38,767 nucleotides of DNA from Salisapilia sapeloensis CBS 127946 (Eukaryota; Protista; Oomycota). Numbering within the stretch: position 1 is the first letter of the stretch; every line of letters begins with the position of its first letter. Of the stretch, positions 32,300 through 38,767 are shown one piece after another. Where the stretch lies: positions 1-38,767 of the forward strand of contig JAADVB010000181.1 of the NCBI GenBank assembly GCA_023334545.1. The letters run 5' to 3'. The position numbers were made by a program, and so were the translations under genes. The notes under the pieces are model-generated. The model searched no databases. It saw only the letters and a program-made list of their open reading frames with translations, and was not told the DNA's origin.

Positions 32300-33682
32300 T
32301 CAAGCAACGCATTCCGGAACGAGGCTGTCCAGCGTCCCGTTCAACTCGCGATCGACTAAGAAATTCTCAATCATCTGGTGACTCCGTCCGATATTGCGGG
32401 ATGTCACGTCCAGGACGAACTGAGTTAGCGGTGACATGCGTTCAGAGGCAGTGCAGTCGTCATGAATCACTGGTGTGATCTTGTACAGCGTCTGCATCAA
32501 CGTCATCTTATCTTCGACTTTCCGGATCACATAGTAGCCCTGCTCAAAGAAGTGCATGCCTAAGGATGCATTCGTGGTTTTATCCAGTGGCTCAATATAG
32601 GCCCGCCAGATGATGACTGTCCGCTCTTCTTCCACACGCTTTCGCCATATCTGGTTGATGCGGAACACCTCCGATTGGCCTGGCGTGTGCATTTCCACTT
32701 CAAACGTTTCGTAAATGGTGTACAGCTCGACATCGCCAAACACCTGCGGGGTACGTTCATAGTAACGGAAGGGTGCGCGCTCTTCAGCCAAAGAAAAGTT
32801 ATCCCACACACAGTGCGCAGTTGTGTGCCAAGCAAAAGGTAACATCATATCGGCAAAGATATCGATGTAAAGACCATTCGGACCGTCGGAATGAATTTTC
32901 GCATGACGGTTCTTCGGTTCGGCAGTCGCTGCGTGCTCTGGAAAGAGCTGGTCGACATCGCGAAAGGCATCTTGAATATTTCGAAGTAACTCTTCAAATA
33001 CTTGCGGGTCCTTCGCTTGACGCGGAGTAGCGCGCAACTTGCTACGGCAGGAAGCGGCAGTCGTATTCGCATCGGTCTTTAGAGGTAAAGTATCAGTTAT
33101 CAGGTGGTACTAGAAAGGTACAAGTATTAAACAACGTACGTCGAGTTGGTTGCGACGTTCGATGAGTTTGAGCAAGCTCTGAGATGTCTTATGATGAGAT
33201 TCGACAGCCAGCTTTAGTCGAGTATTCTCCGTTTCAGCACGACTGCGCTCTTCGCTCTGTCGAATCGCCATCGACCTCCATAACTTGATGCTACGAGAAA
33301 CATTGGGACTGGCAGACTCAGATGAGTTTGAAGTGGAGCTCATCGTATCGCTCGATCGCTTCCCAAGCGTTTGCTTCATGTTCACAACTCGAGCTTCCAT
33401 CTCCTGGACTTTGTTTCGGAGATACAAGAGCTCCTTTCGACGCTCTTCCCTCGCCTTATTCGGATTGTAATTACGCTTCTTCTTGCTCTTTGGTTCAGGG
33501 GCTACAGTCGCAGGAGGCAAGAAGACTGGAGCGGGAGACGCAGCTTCCGATGAAGAGGACGTAGAAGAGCACTCATCGATAAACGACAGCGCCGCTGCGA
33601 GCGTAGCACCTTCGTCGGCATCCAGCCCTAGCGGTGCCTCTGGGTCTAACGACAGAAGCGATGGCAAGTCTTCCTTCTCCAT
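32300..33682 (-). CDS. bZIP-like + START-like protein, copy C; complement(join(32300..33076,33140..33682)), 439 aa
   Basis: Phase-0 intron 33139-33077 (GTACGT...AAG). Motifs ALSFIDE, YNPNKAREERRKELLYLRNKVQEM, ETENTRLK, MLPFA, RKRVEEERTVIIWR, GMHFFEQGY. Confidence 0.88.
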
Positions 33683-34089
33683 CGTAGAGAGCGTTTAATG
33701 GAGTGCGACTGACTACGGTTATCAGGTGTCTGCCCCGTCTTTGCGTTGATAAGGATCCCTATTTGCGCAATATGTACCCAGCATGTCGTCTAGATGCTGA
33801 GTATGGAAACGGGGTGTACTCGATGAATATGTGAGTGTTGGTTCACATATCCGCTACCTTGGATTCTCCTCTGCATATGCCTGCTTCCATGCTCGTATTC
33901 TAGCTTCCTTTAATCTAGTCATGCCGCAGTAGTATCCAAGTTACCATGTAAATGCGTATAGTACAGAGTCTTATCGACGATCGAAAGCAACGTTTCTATT
34001 CTCTTGGTCTCTGCCATTAAATTCTATTCACGTATGTGATGTAGTCGTTAAACCTCTACGGGAGTACTGCAAAATGGCTACTGATTATG

Positions 34090-35517
34090 CTAAAGCTGAT
34101 ACATTTGTAGACTACCACCTTCAGTACACGCATTTCGTAGTGGAGCTTTCTCTTTCGAGTCTTCATCCAAGAGCAATCGGACAGTCAAGTTGGCTATGTT
34201 CGTAGACACTGTTCGCTGTGCCCGAACGACATTCAAGAGTTCACCCAATCGATTGTCGCTCCAGTCCAATTTGTCGTTATCTGGGATCGACCGATAGGTA
34301 AATCCCATGTGCATCACCGTCATTATACCATCATCCCTCACCTCCTGCGAACATATAAAGCACAATGTTGTGTCGAGAGTTATACCAGTCACTGCTTTGC
34401 CCATGATTTGCATCGGACGACCTTTTACTCTGGTGATAATGACGTCGCGATCGGCTTCTCGGTAACGACGGACCATTCGCTTGCTTACGGTATGAAAGGA
34501 AGTGCTGGAAAGATCCATGAGGCCAGTTTTCTCAGCGAACGTATCGTCCGAAACAAAGTACGGTAGTCGAAAGTAGACGTTTAAACCACCAGTTTCATGC
34601 ACCAATAGTCTCCAAATGGCTTTGGACACGACCTTCCTCGTAAGTGGTAGATCGATTTGACGTAGAATCGATGTGCTTATACGTCCAGACGCATCTGGCG
34701 TCGTACATACAGATTCTTTATCTTTTGGTAACTCGCCATGAATGTGATGGAGATTCGAAAAGTATTGGTCCACATGCTCATGCGCTTGATGCATTTCTTC
34801 TGAAAGAACTTGAAAATCATGTTGGTCTTGTACTTGGAACGAAAGTCGGTCTTCGGCTGTTATTTGAGCCACCGTATCGGACACTTTGGTGTCGTGAAGG
34901 GACAATCGAAAGTCCTGTTGACGGATGGAAAGTTAGACTAGATGAGATGTATATTTATACCAGGGATGGAAGCTTCTACGTACACTGGACGAAACAGAAA
35001 AGTCTTTTTGAACGGCTTCCGACAGTTGTAGAGCTTCAAAGGCTTGGCGTTCCAGTATCTGGCGCAAACGAGTGTTCTCTTGCTCTGCCTGTCGACGGTC
35101 TTGCTGACGTTCGCGACTTTCAGCTCGTTGATCTACAAAGTCTTGTGTGTCATGCACCCCCTTTTGAACTTTCAATCGGTTCAGCTGAGAATGGAGCCGT
35201 TCAGCTTGTTGGCGCAAGTCTTGCAGCTTCTGCTTCTGAGAAAGTGAACGAGTATTCTTCCTCGATTCATGTTGTGCTGTACTCGACGCACTATCACTTG
35301 AAATACTACTAGAATCAAGCAAACGGGATGGGTTGCCACCGCTATGATATATGTAGTTGTCGTCAAGTTCGCTGTTCCATGCCACAAGCTGTAGCTCTTC
35401 TTCAAGTGAGATGTTGATAGATGAATAGATCAAGTCATCAGAGTCCTCTGGTAGATGCAATGGCTCATCAGTCAGAAATTCTTCACTCAACATATCTAGC
35501 ATTTCGTTGTCTTCCAT
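34090..35517 (-). CDS. bZIP-like + START-like protein, copy D (divergent subfamily); complement(join(34090..34914,34984..35517)), 452 aa
   Basis: Phase-0 intron 34983-34915 (GTACGT...CTAAC...CAG). Motifs QKQKLQDLRQQAERLHSQL, EQENTRLR, LPLTRKVVSKAIWRLL, PYFVSDD, WSDNRLGELLNV. Confidence 0.8.
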
Positions 35518-36270
35518 TTTGTAGTAATGAGCAGGGAGAAGTTGGTGAGTCGGGCTATGAAAATCCACGCAAAAAATGCTGGTCAAGAAGCGTGTCAGAT
35601 GTGCGGTGCCTAGAAGGTACCACTGACACAGTCTTCAACGTATCTTCAATATTAAGACTGCTAGGATCATTTTCGATGCTACATGTACCTTTGAAAGATA
35701 CTTCGATGATAGAACATAATCATGTATCGTAGTTATCGTTCTCTTATAGCATGCTCTGTTCTCCGTGCTGCTGTAGTCTCAGAAAGTAGTTGAAGTTTTT
35801 CAAGAGAAGAGAATGCTTGGATTGACAACTTGGACGAGGCATGCGAGCGCGAAGAAATACACGTTCGTAGTGCTTGTCCGGCGTATGGACATTTCCTGAA
35901 TATGATGCAATAGCTTGAAGATGGTGATGAAACATGAAGTAGACAGATAGTTTAAAGCAGTAACCTAGAAGCCTAGCTGTTGAATACGCTGGAAATGAGA
36001 TCACCTAATGGACCAAAGCTATGGCTACGACAGGCATACCAATTAACAAGGTTGCTATTGCTTACTCGTTTCAATATGATAACACCAAACACATCCGAAT
36101 CACACGAGCTACACTTTGATAGATACAACAATGATTGGGGCATTGTAGACACGGATATACCAAAAGATATTCGCGTCGACTTACATCGCTAACAGGTCAA
36201 ATGCAACCTCATAGATTCTATTGTCAGAATCAAAACAATCATTTGTTTGCTTGGTACATATAATTCTATT

Positions 36271-37458
36271 TCATTGTGGTCTCGTGTTTTCCTCATCTAG
36301 CACACGAAACATCAGATTGGTCACTTCCTTGGATACAATACGTTGAGCTTGTGTCACGTTTAATAGCTCGCCTAGCTTTGTATCCATCCAATCCTTGTTC
36401 TTATCATCCGGAATCGCTTCGTACGTCGTGCCCATTCGAAAGACCGAATTGGCCTCGTCACCATTTAATACAGGTGTAGAGGTGATAACTCCAGTCGTGA
36501 CAATCGTCACACCATGCACAGGCTTATCCATGATACGCAACGGTCGACTGCGCGAATGGATAATCGTCACGGTACGTCCATTACTACGAAACTGACGCAC
36601 GACTCGTTTCCCGATCATGTGGACGGCAATCTCGTTTCCTCTTATCGTTCCAATCTTTTGAGCGCAAACGTCATTCGAGACAAAGTATGGCTCTTGATAG
36701 TATGCCTTGGTACCACCACCTTCATGTGCTAGCATTCGCCATATTGCCCGAGAGACAACGTCTACGTGAAGCGGTATCGCGACTTGATGCATGACACTCG
36801 TGTTCATGCCACCATCGCCATTCTGAGCCGTAAACCAAAACGGGAAATCTCGATCAAAGCTACCGTGCATCTGCTCTATATCGCTGAAAAAGTCATCAAC
36901 ACGGTCGTGTGTCGCATTGACATGCCCTAGTAATTTGACAAAGTCTGCATGATCCTCGTCCGAGTACAGACCAGAGTCTCGATAGTCACCGACTGCGTGC
37001 AAGCCTTGCGGCCATACCTCAAAAGCTCTTGACATTGTCATTGCTTCCAACGCTTGCTTCTCTACTAAGCGTCGAAGTCGAGAATTCTCATTCTCAGCAT
37101 GGTCTCGAGCTTGCTTATGCACGTCCACACTGTCTTGGGCTTTTTGCGTGTTCTGTCTACTCAATCGAGTCTGAAGCTGCTGTAACTCGGTCGTCAATGT
37201 GCCCACTTTTTCCCGTAGCTCCAACAGCTCACGTTTCTGTCTGCGCATCGGCCTCTTCTTTTTCACTGGCTTACGTGCAGATTGCTCCATTCCGTTGGTA
37301 CTGGTAGATGAGATATCATCGTTTGTCAATGGAGTGGACTGGAGCTTCACGTCACGTGGGACTTCCGATAAAAGTTCGTCCAAATCCTGCAGAAGCTCCA
37401 CTGGAGGTTCGAACATCACGTCATCTCGCAGCAGATCAAAGAGACTGTCGTTTGGCAT
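36271..37458 (-). CDS. bZIP-like + START-like protein, copy E (same subfamily as D), 395 aa from ATG 37458
   Basis: KKKRPMRRQKRELLELREKVGTL, ENENSRLRR, IPLHVDVVSRAIWRML, PYFVSND, WMDTKLGELLNV. Single ORF. Confidence 0.82.
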   Translation of the reverse strand: MPNDSLFDLLRDDVMFEPPVELLQDLDELLSEVPRDVKLQSTPLTNDDISSTSTNGMEQSARKPVKKKRPMRRQKRELLELREKVGTLTTELQQLQTRLSRQNTQKAQDSVDVHKQARDHAENENSRLRRLVEKQALEAMTMSRAFEVWPQGLHAVGDYRDSGLYSDEDHADFVKLLGHVNATHDRVDDFFSDIEQMHGSFDRDFPFWFTAQNGDGGMNTSVMHQVAIPLHVDVVSRAIWRMLAHEGGGTKAYYQEPYFVSNDVCAQKIGTIRGNEIAVHMIGKRVVRQFRSNGRTVTIIHSRSRPLRIMDKPVHGVTIVTTGVITSTPVLNGDEANSVFRMGTTYEAIPDDKNKDWMDTKLGELLNVTQAQRIVSKEVTNLMFRVLDEENTRPQ

Positions 37459-38161
37459 GATTGCTTCAGCCACGAGTGCTACTGTTGAGTATATTCTCGA
37501 TGGAGCTGAGAGCGGACACTGTACCTGAATAGTACCAGCCAGTCATCGAGCCAGTTCAAGATAGGACAAGGAAGATGTAGGTGCGTACAAGTATCTCCTT
37601 TGCAACAAGTTGATGGGCAAGATACGTCCTATCTTCGAAGGAAATGTCAACTATACCATAATAAACCCTGGATATTCTGTTGTAGAGTATGTTATATGAC
37701 AAGAGATGAAAGCATGCTATCACATTGAAGGATGTCTAGTTTCCAAAGTATCGACCTGATCTATCATCAACAGTTTCACGGCTCTTATTAAAACGGATCG
37801 ATCTGCTACTTTTCCATTTTAAATAAACCATTTCTGAAGTGGTTCTTAATGCTCAAAGATAAGACGGCAAGGTAAAATGAGAGTCAGCAGAGGAAACCAA
37901 GTCCAGATTTTCACAAGTATAACAACCCAAACTATAAATGAACATATTTTAAAATGCCTTGGCACGCTAAGATAGATAGCGACAAAGTCTAGAAAGGTTT
38001 AAAGTAAAGAACGCAACTTGTGCTTTGAGTTGGTGACCTCAATGAGTATTGATTCATTTACTGCCATTTCACATATAGTTGCTTCTGGGAAAAAGAGGAC
38101 TTTGGGAAGTAGAATGAAGAAGTTTGGATCAAGCTCTTTAAGTTCCATCGTGGGGTCTCGA

Positions 38162-38767
38162 TTATCCGCGAATTGGTATCACCTTTACTGGCAAATCACT
38201 ATCCACTGATAACTCGAGTCCAGGAGTGGAGACGATTTGGTTCGGATCCTCCACCATCTTCAAGTCAAACTTGCTGAGCATCGAGCACATCACGATCTGT
38301 AATTCTACCATCGCCATCCGCTGTCCAATGCATCGTCTTGGTCCAGTAAGCTATGATAATAAACGACGTCGTTGAGCAAACGGGCAGTATAGAACAATAG
38401 AAAGGAACGTACGAAGATCGGGAACTGGGTCGGCGTAAAAGCAATAATGCCTCCTGTCGACGGATCAATCCAGCGCTCGGGCTTAAACTCACGCGCATCT
38501 TCTCCCCAAACACTAGGCAAGCGTCCTGTTGCTTGCATCGACGCCATCACGTCAGTGCCTTTGCTCACGTACGTCCCGTCACTCAGCGTAGTCGACTGAA
38601 GGGCACCTCGCGATGAAAGAGGAATCGTCGTATCTAGACGAAGTGTCTCTCGGATCACAGCCTCCAAGTAATGAAGCTGATCAGCCTCTTCCACGGTCGG
38701 AACATCCGAGTTTTTGTTCAAAAGATGAGGTAGCTTGGTCTTGATCTCAGCGCGAATTTTATTCACA
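38162..38767 (-). CDS. Cytochrome P450, 3' part (CYP86/94/704-like, fatty-acid-hydroxylase type); complement(join(38162..38350,38413..>38767))
   Basis: ExxR (ETLR) and WGEDAREFKPERW. A 62-nt intron (38412-38351) joins F to LTGPRRCIG, giving the FxxGxRxCxG heme motif. TAA at 38164-38162. Confidence 0.93.

Noticed and set aside
26752-37458. Taking the M96 mating-specific label as evidence of a mating function
   Set aside because: The label is a propagated annotation. As I recall, the originally described M96 is a low-complexity extracellular protein unlike these, and the sequence itself says nothing about mating.
1-38767. CRISPR arrays, rRNA, tRNA, prokaryotic operons, intact transposons
   Set aside because: I saw no repeat-spacer array, cloverleaf, rRNA signature or transposase/RT motif. 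The repeats present are coding low-complexity repeats.

Overview
This is eukaryotic, intron-containing DNA, most consistent with an oomycete. The evidence is GT-AG introns of mostly 50-80 nt with CTAAY-like branch points, GCTCATTY-N-WTTY initiator/FPR promoter motifs, and oomycete-type gene families; the taxon is an inference. Many ORF-track starts are wrong (GTG/TTG starts, or ORFs cut by introns), so I rebuilt gene models by hand. Left to right: 3' part of a Cys-rich membrane protein; NAE1 (3 exons); a SMYD5-like SET gene (3 exons); a small Frizzled-CRD-like surface protein; a ~1600-aa secreted low-complexity protein with seven Trp/Tyr motif repeats and a Gly/Ala-rich hydrophobic core; a 4-exon multi-pass membrane protein; a secreted LPMO-fold-like protein with no histidine in its folded domain; a TM + fascin-like + 2x VASt-like protein; an OSCA/TMEM63-type channel; a 3.7-kb AT-rich gap; a tandem array of five basic/coiled-coil + START-like genes with a spliced PrsW-family protease inside it; and the 3' part of a cytochrome P450. 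No rRNA, tRNA, CRISPR or intact transposon could be supported. Strongest leads: the histidine-less LPMO-like protein, the Tyr-repeat giant secreted protein, and the bZIP-like/START array with embedded PrsW. All family calls come from motif recognition by eye, not database searches.
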